Positions 37,712 to 51,383 of a stretch of 64,000 nucleotides of DNA are shown piece after piece (within the stretch, counting starts at the first letter, position 1; the number at the start of each line of letters is the position of its first letter). The DNA is from Basidiobolus meristosporus CBS 931.73 (lineage: Eukaryota; Fungi; Basidiobolomycota): positions 28,588-92,587 of the forward strand of contig MCFE01000334.1 in NCBI GenBank assembly GCA_002104905.1. The letters are read 5' to 3'. Below the pieces are notes generated by a model. It worked only from the letters and a program-made list of their open reading frames with translations, was not told where the DNA came from and made no database searches. The position numbers and the translations under genes are program-made.

Positions 37712-40020
37712 GTATACAATAGGTCCATCAGGAACAAAAGGCCAAACAGAATGTGCCCAACCTGTTCCATGAGCATTATCCTAGATTCAAACAAGTAAAC
37801 AGATTTTTGGCCAGGATTGGTATGCTAAGAAAGTATCACAGGAATGGCAGAAACTACCAAAGGCAGAAGAACAAGGGTACCACAGCTAAGATCAGCAGCC
37901 CCCTTAAGAGCTTGTTACAAGCAGGGCTGAAAGCTCCAAATAAGCAGCAAAGTAGTTTCAGGATGCCTGAAGAGTACCAATCAGGGACAAGTAGACAGAA
38001 ACAGATGCATCAATGTATTATCACCAAGGAAAGAGTTAGTGTTCAGTACAAAAAGCACTCAGTCAAAGTAGCAGTGAAGGACCTGGCAGCAATAAAAACC
38101 TGTGGCTTTCTCAGAACCCTTCACAAGCAGGGCTGAAAGCTCCAAATAAGCAGCCAAGAAATGTTAGATTGCTGCAAGAGTGCTGGCAAGGGACAAGCAA
38201 GCAAAAATAGATGCTCCAGTGCGGCATTCTTCAAGGAGAAAATGGACGCTGTTGTGCATCAGCATTTAAAACTTAGCCAATTTGATTTTGTTTGAAAATC
38301 TAGTACCCTAACTGCTTTTCCCTAACCCAAACATAACAAATCCCAGTTACAGTTTATTTTATTCCACCTCAGAATCTATTTTTAGCTATCACACCTGATC
38401 TATTTTCAAATGGTCAATATGTTATCAACCTATCTGCCAAGCCTTCCCAGGTGATTAGTCATCTGAGATCTATCCAACCACTGTGCAGTTGCCAAGACAT
38501 CAGTTGATTGATGATGTAATTTTCACTTATCTTATGCACCTATGAACACCCAAATTGATTTCAATCAATCCAGTCCCTTGGCGCTTACTAATTCAACTTG
38601 ATCAGAAAAGTATAAATAAAGTTTACTGAACCTTTTGGTTTAGTGTATGTCTCAACAAAATTAAGATTCTGTCTCAGCAAAAATAAGAATCCAACAATTC
38701 CGTTCTAGTTTCTATCCAAGCCTAGTATATCTAGCACTCCAAAGAACACCAAGCCTAGCCTGCCTAGCAAACAAATATCATTGTCTTTATAGCCAACCCA
38801 GCTATATCCAAGACCAATATTAGATCAGAATCTTTCTGCAAATATTTTTGCCACTCTCTGACAATTCTAAGATTCTGCACTTAATTGTCCCTTTGGTTCA
38901 GTTAAACCATTCAAGAGTTTTATTACACTTTCTCTTGGATACAACAGACACCATACTAGAGTCATTCAGGCAATGTAGCAGTGAAAGACATAGCAGTGAT
39001 AAAGGTAATGGTAAATAGAAAAAGTCTACCCAAGCTGGGGACAAGGAAGAATGACAAAAATGCTGCTGTCCTCACCAATTAACACAATCAGCCCCAAGTA
39101 GACTGAGTTCCATAATAGCCCAGAAGAATTACCAAGAAGACATCAGTGTTTTCTCAAGAGTTGGAAGTGCAGCTAGCTGAGCAATACTACAGTGAGGCAT
39201 ATGAGCTTGCAGTGAGTGACAGGTTGTCTACTGCTGCCTCCACATCCTCCATTATGGACACAATGAAGATCCCACTGGCATACAAAGCTAGAATGTCAAG
39301 AGCTGAAAAGACTACCAAAATGCCTGCCGCGGAATTTTGGAACATTAATTGGCACACCAAGAGGTTTCATCACTTCTTTAGGAGCAGTATTCCAGAAGAT
39401 GTACTTGATATTGCAAGGATTTATTGCAAAGACTGGCTAATGTGGTGGTAGACCTTGCAAAGCCAGCTGTAGATCTGGATGTATGAGAAGCAGTGAAAGA
39501 ACAGTGGGATATCACTGTAAGGTTCCTGCCAAAGCCATAGAAAAAGAGCATTTTGGCAGAAACACTTATTAAATGGTGGATCTTAATGGAGTTACTTGTT
39601 GAGAGTGTGTTTGGGTCTAGTATTAGTGTTGGGTATAATGGCTTTTATAGGCCAGGACAATTGACAACTGGGTCACAACTAAAACTGAATGGAAATAAAC
39701 CAAGGTATTTGCATGAAAGGTAAGAGAATTGATTGAGTGAGGAAGTAAGGAATGTGAACAAGTGGCCATAGCCAAATAACGTACACATATATAGGAGGTG
39801 ATTCACTGTCCAGGATCAGTAAGTGCAAGTATTGGTGGACAACCAATTAAAGTCACTTTTGTAGTGTTGTAATGAGAATCATGACTAAATTTTTTGTGAA
39901 ATCTGGGGTGCAATTTTTTTTTGCAGTCTTTGTGCAGTGTCCTAATGAGATCAATAACTCTTAGTCATGGGAATCTAATATTGTGATAACCTTTTGACTG
40001 GATCATTATAATTATTTTGT
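37712..40020 (+). mobile_element. Inverted internal fragment of the CACTA family (accessory-ORF region), copy 3
   Basis: Reverse-complement homology to about 32880-34350; interrupted by the solo LTR at 38250-38946. Confidence 0.75.
38250..38946 (+). mobile_element. Solo LTR (family X, 697 bp), TSD GACGC/GACAC
   Basis: TGTTGTGCATC...GGATACAACA; the flanking 5-mers differ only by a CpG-to-CpA change. Confidence 0.88.
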
Positions 40021-40029
40021 ATCAGGAAG

Positions 40030-40641
40030 CATTACTAATCCCAGTGATGGTTTGACTTTTTTCCCATATCAGAGTCTATTTTTAGCAGTCACATCTGGTC
40101 ACTTATCATGTGGGCATCACATTATCAACTGATCTGCTAAGCCTTCCCAGGAGATTAGTCATTTACAATCCATCCAACCATGTAGCAGCTGTCTAGACAT
40201 CAGCTATTGATGATGTAATACTAATCTATCTTATGCATCTATAAACACTCAGATTGATTTCAATTTATCCAGTCTCTGAGTTATTACTAATTTAACTTGA
40301 CCAGAAAAGTATAAATAAAGCTTAATAAACCTTACGGTTTAGTGTATCTCAATAAAGTCAAGATTGTGTCTGAGCAAATCAAGAATTTAACAACTTCATT
40401 CTAGTTTCTACCAAAGCTTAGCATGTGTAGCACTCCTAAGAGCACCAAGCCTAGCCTGCATAGCAAACTAACTCCATCTCCTTTATAGCTAAATGCAGCT
40501 ATATCCAAGACCAATCTGGGACCAGAATCTTTCTGCTAATATTTTTGCACTCTGACAATTTTGAAACCCTGCACCTAATTGTATCTTGAGCTCAGCTCAA
40601 CCATTGAAGAGCTTGGCCAACCCTTTCACTTTGTCACAACA
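40030..40641 (+). mobile_element. 5'-truncated LTR, family X
   Basis: Colinear with about 38335-38946; ends CACAACA. Confidence 0.75.
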
Positions 40642-42582
40642 GGTATTTTATTACTTTTTGCACCAGTTTGTCTAACCACTATGACCTTAGGCTCCTTGAA
40701 GCTGGGACAGTGCTAGTTACTTCTCTGCATGAAAATACCCATATGTATGCTATGCTTCTATAAGTTCATGTAACTAAAAACATCTTCACACTTATAGATT
40801 AGTTTTGTTTAAGAACACTTAAATCCAAGTGAATTAAATTTAGACTCTCTTATTGTTGATTATTCCAGAGCTCTTGAATATTTGTCTGGCTTGCTCTTCA
40901 TTAATACAGGACTTGCAGTACGCCAAATTAGGTAGGGAATCAGTTTTTACTTTAGATTTCAGCTGATTTTGGAGCTTCTGCTCAAATAACAAAAATTGGT
41001 ATGCCTATATCATCCATGCCAAAGCATTGGTGTTTATGTATTTAGGCTGCCTATATTAACTTCCAGATACAATGGCTAAATGCTAGGTTGTGTAGATCCC
41101 CATCTCTGATAACCAAGGCAACATGGATGCTATATTGATCAGTGATCCTACTTCCAAAATTGCTAAAAATAAAATTGAGCCTTACTGCAGTGGCATTATC
41201 AACAGGTAACAGGCTCTTGGCTATTCCTGGTACATAGGATGCTCCTTTTAAGATAATTGTGTGGCTTCCTGGATTATTTTTGGGCTTACTTGGATAATTT
41301 GCTGACCAATTCCATGATGTACTCTGGCATCCCATATGAAAGTCCTCTTTATTTGTATTTCTAGTTATTAATTAGTATTAATTGGACTTTCAGCTGGGAC
41401 TCAACTGGTATTCTGATAGTATTTTGCTGCTACTCAGTAGAGGATTATGCTGAAAATTTTGCTTGTTGTCTTGCTCAGTACAGAAATGAGAAGTCTATCT
41501 TCAAAAGCTGCAGCATCTCCATTTTTAAGCTTTTTTTGCTTATTATCTCTCTGTGTATAGACACCTGCCTCATATATGCCCTTTCCACTTACAGTAGGTG
41601 CAAGAAAAGTTGCTGTTGCCTTTAATGGGGTTTGAGCATGTCCTTTGGTGGATGGCACTGCTGATTAAAGATTTTCATCCTCCTTCTTGTTAGTGCTTGT
41701 TTTCTTAACTCCTAATCCAGGAGTATACTAAATTTATAGTTTAAACTCTGGTTGCAAGTTCTGCACTCTGAGGACAATTTGGAGCCCTGGAGATTGTTTC
41801 TCAGGCCTTTCAGGAGGCTAGCTACTGCATCTTTATCTATAGCTTGTATGCCCACTGATTCCATCTGAATAGCATTAACGGTATTTTATTACAAATTCTT
41901 CATTTCTTCACCAAGACAGTATCTTTACAGTAAATATCATCATTGAAGGTATATTTTCTTATCAGCTGAATATGACTGATTGGAGTCTGTTATACATCAC
42001 CATTAAAAACCTAGCCAATTTTAACATATTGGAAAACCAGTACCCTAACTGACTTTCCCTAATCCAAAAATTACTAATCCCAGTTATGATCTATTTTATC
42101 CCATCTCAGAATCAATTTTAAGCTGTCACACTTGATTAATTTTCATGTGGTCATTATGATCTCAACTGATCTGCTAAGCCTTTGCAAGTGATTAGTCATC
42201 TGAGATCTATCAGACCACTTGGTAGTTGCCAAGAAATAAACTGATTGATGATTCAATTTTCACTTAGATTATGCACCTATCAACACCCAAACTGATTTCA
42301 ATTAGTCCAGTCTCTTAGTGCTACTAATTCAAGTTGATCAGGAAGGCGTAAATAAAACTTACTCAACCTTTTGGCTTAGTGTGTGTCTCAACAAAATTAA
42401 GAATGTGTCACATCATAATTAAGAATTCAACAATTCCATTCTAGTTTCTACCAAAGCATAGCATATTTAACACTTTCAAGAACACCAAGCCTAGCCTACA
42501 TAGCAAACTAACTGTAGTGCATTTGTAGCCAAACCCAGCTGTATGCAACATCCATATTAGACCAGAATATCTCTGCTGCAAT

Positions 42583-43620
42583 TGTCATGAGCACATGACA
42601 TCCTTGACCTTTCATGATTTGACAAAACCAAGTTGGTGAAGAAATACCTGTTCTCTCTAGTAAGCTTTACTACATTCTGGCAAATTCTGGAAAGCTCCAA
42701 GTCAACATTACACAATGGAATATTCTATTGAAGCCTCCCTTTGGAATTTACGTAGCTCAATACTGTATGTGGTAATTGCATGTTACATGACCTATTCACA
42801 TGAGCAGCTGACTCTAGGCATATCCTTGTGTGATGATCTAGTCTGTTCTTTAGTATATATCTATCTTGGCACACTTACTGAGCCTCACCCCAGAACCCCA
42901 TCAGTATTAGCCAATATTTCTCAGCATCCATGTTGCCAAAAAGTATATATAGTTGTTGTGCATCAACATTTAAAACTTAGCCAATTTCACTCCAGTGGAA
43001 AATCTAGTATCCTAACTGATTTTTCCTAACCCAAACATAACTAATCCCTGTTATGGTTTATTTTATCCCACCTCAGAATCTACTTTTAGCTATCACACCT
43101 GATCTATTTTCAAATGGTCATTACGTTATCAACCTATCTGCCAAGCCTTCCCAGGTGATTAGTCATCTGAGATCTATCCAACCACTTAGCAGTTGTCAAG
43201 ATATCAGCTGATTAATGATACAATTTTTCATTTATCTTATGCACCTATCAACACCCCAACAGATTTCAATTAGTCCAGTCTCTTGGCACATACTAATGCA
43301 ACTTAATCAGAAAAGTATAAATAAAGCTTACTGAACCATTTGGTTTAGCATGTGTCTCAATAAAATTAAGACAATTCCAAGATTCTGCACTTAGTTGTCA
43401 CTTAGGTTCAGTTAACTCATTCAAGAGTTTTATTACACTTTACTCTTGGATACAACAATAGTTCTATCCCCCCTTATGTATTCCTCAGTCTGATAAACAC
43501 AGGTTTTGAATAAACAGCCTTGCCTTGGAAATCCACCTTGCCTTGTTGATCCACACCTAAGACCTTTCCTGGTCCTGCCTTGCCTAGCTCTACTCTCCTG
43601 CCTTGTGTCTATTCATAACA
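42583..43620. mobile_element. Solo LTR-like insertion (family Y; TGTCATGA...TCATAACA)
   Basis: Inverted TG...CA termini; separates the halves of the family X LTR. No clean TSD. Confidence 0.55.
42954..43457 (+). mobile_element. Solo LTR family X (504 bp, internally deleted) with perfect TSD ATAGT
   Basis: ATAGT at 42949-42953 and 43458-43462; TGTTGTGCATC...GGATACAACA. Confidence 0.88.
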
Positions 43621-46600
43621 GATATTTCCACCACTTGCTGACAGTTCTAAGACTCTGCACTCAATTATCCCTTTGGTTCAGTTAAGCCATTCAAGAGTTT
43701 TATCATGCCTTTCTCTTGTATACAACAGAGTCTTCTAATGCCTTGTGGTAATTCTGTGCTGCTTTTGCTTTTGAGTGTTGAACTACAATTTGTCTTTTAC
43801 ATTGAAACAAATCTTCTTAAAGCCACTTTGCTCTTTTGTCTGCTACTTTGAAGCTTAATCTCCTTTACCTTCACGAGGGCATTATTCTAACATGACAATA
43901 TCCCAAAAGCCCCTATCCTTAAGCTGCACTTTAACTTCTCATGTGACACTTGGTAGTTGGCCCCATTCAACTTCTTATTAAAGGGAATATCTTAGTAGTA
44001 GCAGTATAGAGTATGTGTGGGTGTGATGGCTTGGTGAGCATAGCATTTTGTAAGAGTTTTGGAGATATTGAAAGTATCGGGGAGGACAAGCAGGTTACAT
44101 TGTTATCACTTGAGAATTCATTGAGTTCAGGAGTAGTATTGATGCTCCTACATAGTCTTGGAAAAACAAGCACATAGAGTATTTTAGGAAGGCTCCAAGA
44201 GCATGTGTGCAAAGCTTAGGGCTGTTCAGACAACCTTTGAAGATTTCATGTTCTGGCTGCCTGATGAATATTCTAAATAACTTCTGGTAAGGAGTCTGAT
44301 CAGAGTTCTCTAAAATTTGTATTAAATGATCTAACTGGTTAGTTTGGGAGAATATTGAGGCTTGATTAAAAAACTCACAACATGAACAAGCTATGACATA
44401 GAACTTTTGGGTTTTGTGGAGTCAGTCAGTAAGGAGTTCAAAATAGAGGCAACAGCCAACCAATGTACATAAAGGCAGGAGTAGGCTAAGAGTCCAGGAT
44501 TACAGTGTGAAGAAAGGCAGAGAACTAATCCCCAGCTGCTTGGGTACAGTTGAGTTTGGTAATTTTGACCAATTTTTGAGCAGGAGTGTGGCTAAGTGCA
44601 GATATTATATTACTCAAGGTGTTAAAGGAATATCTATATAATCAGTATAAACTATGATTGAGCTGAAATGTGGCCATGACTTGCCACTATGACAACACAG
44701 ATAAGCTTGTTAAGCTGTGTAGAGTGAGTGTTTTTGAGGTGTCAGACTACTCAGGGCTATCAGGCTTCATCTGGATATGTATATATGAAAGTCTTGGTAT
44801 GCATACTGCATTTCTATTTTTACCAAAAGATTTGTCAGAAGTGGGGATCAGCTGTGTTATTTTGACAAGATTTGGTAAGTAAAGGTTAGCTGCACATTTC
44901 TTGAATGTATCAAGTCCCAGAAGATCCCTCACAAACACTCCACTGTAATCACATACATGACCCCTGTTGAGGACAAGCAGCACACCATATGAACCAACAT
45001 GAAGATGGACACAGCATCATTATTTTGAAGCCCCATTCATATCACAAAACCAATCTTGCAGAGTTGATTCCATGGAGCCCACCATATCCCCCCATTCTAA
45101 TGTAAACAACTGGCAGGAGACTTACTGCCCATTTATGTTTGAACCTGGACCCATATTTTCCAGGGTTAGAGATCAATTTCGGGCAGGAAGCTTGCGGACT
45201 TCCAGGAGGTTCACTGAGCATCATCATTGCACACCCAGGACGACTTCCAAAAGTTCCCTTGGCAAGAGCATATCTGCATGATCCCAGAGAGAGCATAGGA
45301 TGAATATCTTCGAAGTGCAAATGGAGGAGCATTGAGGAGCTCTGCCATAATTCAGGGTGTTTGAAATGAGATAGTACCCCGCTGTGGTGATATGGTCAAT
45401 AGTGAGATGTGGCGAGGACCAAACGAAAGCTTAAAAATCTGGCCTCACGATGGGCCAATGCTATTGTCCTCCGTTGTCATAACCATTTCACACCGGGCCA
45501 ACAATGCTCTCCAGAGCCCTACCAAGTTCTTCTGTACCAACCAGTAGATTTCTTGTGGTAGGAAACAGCCCCAAGTTTCCATCTCAAGATACGTCTAGTG
45601 AATGATTCATCGCCTCACTAGGAGATATGCTCACCAACTGTGACCGCTACAATCACGCAAGTGGTCGCCCTATCAATGAACTAAGTAGGCTGCGACTTGC
45701 AGTATATAGTTAAGGCAAGGTGGCTTTTCAATACGCAAGCGGAATTCTTCGACTTCATGACAGCATTGCAAGAGGGTTTTGGCAGTAAATCGGATTACTT
45801 TCTACCCGCTTACTCACCAAACTGATGGGTAATCTGAGCAGAAAAAAATCTTACCAAATGCAAGATGGGTTTACTCCTCCGAAACACAATATGCTTGAGA
45901 GAAAATCACTGAGGAAGTTGTGTGCGCATTACGTGGGGCTTAAGTTGTCGATGAGACTTGCACCGACGACCATTCCGGCATCTGGAACACTCCCAGGAGG
46001 ATGGAACCAAACGAATCACCAGGGCCATGTGGATTGCCGATGAATCCCTACCGAAATCGAGGCGAATCCTTGAATCAGATTCAGCACCAATCCATTTCAA
46101 CGAAACGACCGGTGGGTAACACATGGCCAGCAGAGAGCAATCCCATCGGGGCGACACATGGCCAGGTTTGGAACCTACCAACCAGATCACGAGCCTGGTT
46201 GGTAGGGAAACCTGTCTACGCCGAGTTTCAAAGATCCCTTGGAATGTAGCGAACGGCGAAAATATCGAACCGCTGGAGGTGGCCCACGATACATTTACCG
46301 GGACACTTCACGGCACAGTCGGCAGCAGGTTTGACGAAGTGCTACTGCTGTGTTCATCATCTCGTAGAGGCGATAGGATACAGCGCAATCAATCTGAGAC
46401 TGATGGTAGAGCCATAAGAATTGTCCATGAGTTGTCACCAATAAACAGCAATATTTCGTCCAATGAAAGAACAATGAATGCTTAACTGTGTCCACCCCAT
46501 GATGCTCTACATGGCTAATTGTGCAGAGCACATTCGGATATACCTAAAAAATCCAGACAGTCCCTTCGGAATGGTAGGAAAACCAGAGCACCCAGTGTGA

Positions 46601-49600
46601 AGCACAATTTGGCGGAACAATACAGAAGCATTTCACGACAAGCGAGTGCTATCGTTCCGCTACAAGCCGCATCTGTTCGACCAATGACTAGGGTGTGTTA
46701 CTTGATAATATATGGTGCTGAGGTTTCTTTTGTTGCAAAGTGGCCACCGGGCATCCTAGCAGAAACGGTACACCCGATTCCAGGCACACCATTGCCTTGG
46801 AGTACGAGAATTCCACCAGCAGACTCCAATCATGATCATCCTTTTCTAGGCAGTGGCCCAAGTAGAACTTGATTCATAAGCAGCAGAAAGAGCTTGGCCG
46901 GCTAGCATTCACGATGCAGAAGCGCGATTTGCGATTGAATCAAGCCTGAAAGCTTGAACACCTCTTGAGGGGGAGCTCGAGCACTGAATCTTGTACCCAG
47001 GTAGGAGATGAGCCGTACCGTGAGTCCGGAAAATGAGCTCGCTAATCGCCCGCTGTTACCATTCGAACCTAGTGTGCTTTACCCCTAAAGACCCATTCAA
47101 TGTAGAAACGACCGAGCCCAAGTCCCTTCACTAGAAGTGCACCGTACCGTGCTCTTCTGTCGAGGGGTCCAACGATCCTTATGCATGGACCTTATTTACT
47201 GGACATCTAGATTGAGTTACCGGTCAGCCAACCTGTGGACGAGCATTCATATCTTACCTGCATGGACGTGGAAGGAATCTTCTGAATGCGCGGGTCCCCA
47301 CCAATCTGCTGTCAATCGGTTGGTTGTTTAGTGTGTACTTGAAATAACATGAAAGGCATGTCTGCGGGTCGAGATGCTTCTAGGTTCAGCAAGGATGCTT
47401 ACATATTCGGAAAACAAGATGCTCGGAATCTTGTGCGTCCCCTCATCAGACTTAACCGAATACAGGGGGCAGATTAACACCGTCCAGCTAGTATGGGGCT
47501 GGGGCACTCGTCTACTGGTGTCCAGTGCTTACGGTTAGTGGTGCAAAGATCTTGTAAAGTGGATGAGTAGTCCACATTCTCAGGTGACGGCTGCCTCTGG
47601 CTCGTGAGTTGCTTCCGATCCACACTGGATTTGACATATGCAGCAATTCAATTACTATATGGGGAGAGGGCTACATCGGCAAAGTAAGACAAGATAACCT
47701 CAATTAATCATGATCTCCTTGTGGCACCACCTTAACTAGGACCATTGAGCTGGGGATCTTGGATACATGGCTCATAACCAACATTGGCCTGGTAGAATTT
47801 TCCTAGGACACTGATTGGGGATACAGACGGCGACTCTTGGTACGTGGAGAGGGGGCATTCAGGGTTAACCTCACGTTGGAATCTCCAGTCTGACTCAAGG
47901 GTGAGTCAGTGAGGGATCCAGCAGACTGCCATCCAAAACCTAGGCGAATCCGCCAATGCTGGCACTCGAGTGTGGCACTCGAGTGTGGGAGTATACGAGG
48001 AGGATTTGATCGCTTCATGTTGCACAATGGTGGTGCTTGGGGGATGAATTATTTCTCCAGCTGGAAACCAGATTATCTACGGAGTAACGAGGCCATGAAA
48101 AGCCTATCGTTGGGTGTGGATTCAGACGTGGATGGTATTCTGTCCTACAATAGGCCATGGAAATCAAATTGCTCGTGAGTCGATTCATGGCAGAGGGTTG
48201 TGCAGGGCTATTGGAGATGCGTTGTAGAACCACCGCTCCATATATATGCATCCACATATGCATGCATAGAGCAACTCAATCTACAGTGTGGCATGGATGC
48301 GTGGGTGAGCTCTTCTTTCACATAGTGGGGAGGCAATACTTGGTATAATGTCCGACGGCCCAACACCCAGGCGGCACGAGATTGCAGCATAGCACTATTA
48401 TTTGTAACACATTGTAGATTCGAACCCAACAAATCTCAAATTCCAGAGTGCGTGTGGGATGCTACAGTGGGGAGACTCTGGGCATGGGTCGAGCAATGAA
48501 ATGAGGAGGAGGGCAGTCGAGAATCCGCCCATTGTGGCAATCAGTCGTAGGCACCATATTTGAAAACCCAATGCCAGATTCATTTGCAAACCGGTGGTCT
48601 GATGAGTCAATAGGCCCTTCGTGTTTCACCCAGATTACATTGATCTGAGCCTGCTAGGCGCCTATTGGCCGCTCTAAAGATAGCTCCACCCATGGCGCCA
48701 TGCTGCCCCCATAAAGGGCTGGAAATAAATTGATAGCCAGGTAAGTTGACACCACAAGGATCCGAACACAAACAAATTGGTGATTTGCATCGACGCACAT
48801 CAACCTGAATGCGATTTAAGGTTACTAATCAGAGATAAATTGATTTCCGATTAACCTCACACTACTCTAGTTGGTCCGAACTTGATTCTCTTGGGGAGTC
48901 GAAGCCCATACTGCCAATTGTGCCTCACCCACCAACCTGTGCCATTCATCGAACTTAAGCTTACACTATATTTTAAGAGAACTCCAGGGATTGGCTGCTA
49001 GATGAGCTGTGGGATGATTCTGATCACGATTTGAATGAAGGCTTGCAGATGTTCGATCTGATAAGCCTTGCGTCGCAGCCAACCTCAGTGATATTCACGC
49101 TCCTTAATTAGACGGAGCCATTATCCAATTGATGCCAAACCAATAAGGGAGATCCAAAGCGAACGGGTGCTGGATATGGCATACCAATCAACTACTTTCC
49201 TGGGTGAGCTCCATTTATGGCCCCCAACGTGTGGAATTCGGTAATTTCATGGCAACTTGACACATCCTTCGGGGAACCTCACCACCTGCTCGAATCAGGT
49301 TTACTGGCACAATGACAAATCTGATCCATTGTCAGGCCGGGTGACTGCTTTGGTTGTTTGGGTGATTTCTACATCTTGAGCAAGGTGATGCCGAAATCTC
49401 GCCAGAAAATATCTGCGAATCCCGAAATCATGCATGGTGCAATCCTAGAATCTAACCAGACGCTCCGTTTTCCAGTTTTCTCTTTCCCTACCCTGGAACA
49501 CAACTCCTGTGGATTCCGTATTGGCGTTGCAACACTGGAAGTAAGGTGCCGGGTTAGAAGCGAACTGTCACAAACTTTGACTGTCCCGCATCAAGTAGTG

Positions 49601-51383
49601 TATTTCATCGACCCATTTAACTTCTTTGGGAAACGACAATTACTTGATGGCTGGGTGCGGGCCTGGGTATCGAAATTTCCCCAAGATTTAATTTAGGTAA
49701 GCCGTTTGTGATGCCTATGGGGGATCTAGTGGCACGTTTGCCCTGGAGTATTCTGTCCTCCCTGCTTTGAGAGGAGTGGTTTCTATCCCGAAAAATCCTC
49801 CCAATATGCCTCCCAAAAACAAAGTGTTTGCTTGGATATACGGCCAAACAGGCTCTGTGGTGGCTGATCCATCGAAACAAATGTAATATTCCACGGGAAG
49901 CCCTACTGTTACGACCTTGTTTGCGCTTGAATGTTCTCCCATCCCAACCATTGTTGCCAACATTATATCTTGTCTAAGGGCTAGCATATTCCTTACCAGA
50001 GAACACTTCCCCGGCCTTTACGTTGTAGCTTCCCAGAGCCCTGTAGCATTTCAGGCCTGGTCTTGGCTCTTTAAACCGAGTTAGGTACCTGAACCCGATG
50101 ATGAAATAAGACTATGATCCGCGTGAATCAGATCACTTCAATTCCCGCGAATTGCTACTGAATACCGCATTCTTCCATTCGGATTGCTGATGAAATAAAT
50201 CGCCGAATTTCATGTTTGTCTGCCAACCTAGGTACGCATGACATCATAGGAATCTCTAAATTTGTAACGAATTTGTCATTGGATGGGTATCGCTGATGTT
50301 TCAAACCAATGCCATTGGATCGATAAACGATTTAGCATTTAGGAAAATGGAATCAACAGTGGTGGCAAAATTTAAGGGAAGCACCCCTGGTTACTGGATA
50401 TTAAGCGGGCGAATCACTTGGGGCCAGATTGGCAAGCAACCCAATCCCTTCAGAACACCAAGGGAAGGAATGGAGATTAGTCCATGGTGCAGTGGTCTGG
50501 GGCAATGATGTTGGGCCTTAGCAACCCTGGCTGTCGCTTACCCAACAGTGAAACCCAGGTGATTTCAATCAATCAGCAGGAAGAGGGCGCCATCGGTGTT
50601 AGAGGCAACACATACAACGCTCTGGGTAGCCAGCATTGTTGAGGCAGGGATTGTTCCAATGGGGATAGATTGCCATTATTTTCCATAGAATTATTAGTCA
50701 CACTTCAGAATACCTCAAGCATCATTCTCTGGATCCATCAGCTCCATACTCAATGGGTATGACGGTTGGCTGCGTGAGTGCCAACTTGTTGACCTCATAA
50801 GTCACGATATGTATACCGGTTCATTCATATACGAACCGATATGTATTTGTGACCACTATATTTATATTCACCGCTCCATTATAATACGATCCAGGTAGGA
50901 CGGAATAAAAATAACAGAGACAGCCTCCCCATATTGATGATGTGAATTCATTGATCGTTTTCGCTTTATTAATTGTATCAATCCAAGATAATTTATTCTT
51001 ATGGAATCATGAATCCTTCAAAAAGGAATTTGATAGTGAATTATCCAATAGATCCCAACTGCGATGTTGAGACCAGTAAACGTGAGAATGATTTCAGTGA
51101 AAGCGTATTTGGAAATGGCATGCATTTCTGGCTGGGTCTATATAAACCCAGGGAGTCCGGCCACCCTCAGCATACCGCAACTCTCGCTTGTCTGTGCTTT
51201 GAACGTCTCAGCAGTGGAGAATTCCGTCATTTCACACTTAGTTTGTACTGCCTAACCCGCCACACTCACTGTACATTACCTTCTTTCAACTGGGCTTCTT
51301 GAAAGCTTCATAGGACTTAGTGCCGATTCTTCCTTTCCATAACACACCCACGCCCATATATTGTTTCCGTTCGAAATATCCAA

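Larger units (their letters stand above)
41988..43727 (+). mobile_element. Solo LTR family X with perfect TSD GAGTC, split by an insertion at about 42583-43620
   Basis: GAGTC at 41983-41987 and 43728-43732; the two halves reconstitute the family X LTR. Confidence 0.85.
40780..44382 (-). mobile_element. Ty1/copia copy E: 5' LTR about 44047-44382, gag, protease and start of integrase; interrupted by nested LTRs
   Basis: LTR is reverse-complement homologous to 9824-10171. KKLNGANY..LKDRGFWDIV, GDAAAFEDRLLISVLS and YVPGIAKSLLPVD align with copy C. Confidence 0.8.

Noticed and set aside
47957-47988. GTGGCACTCGAGT repeated about 2.5 times
   Set aside because: Tiny local tandem duplication with no spacers; not a CRISPR array, and the context is eukaryotic.
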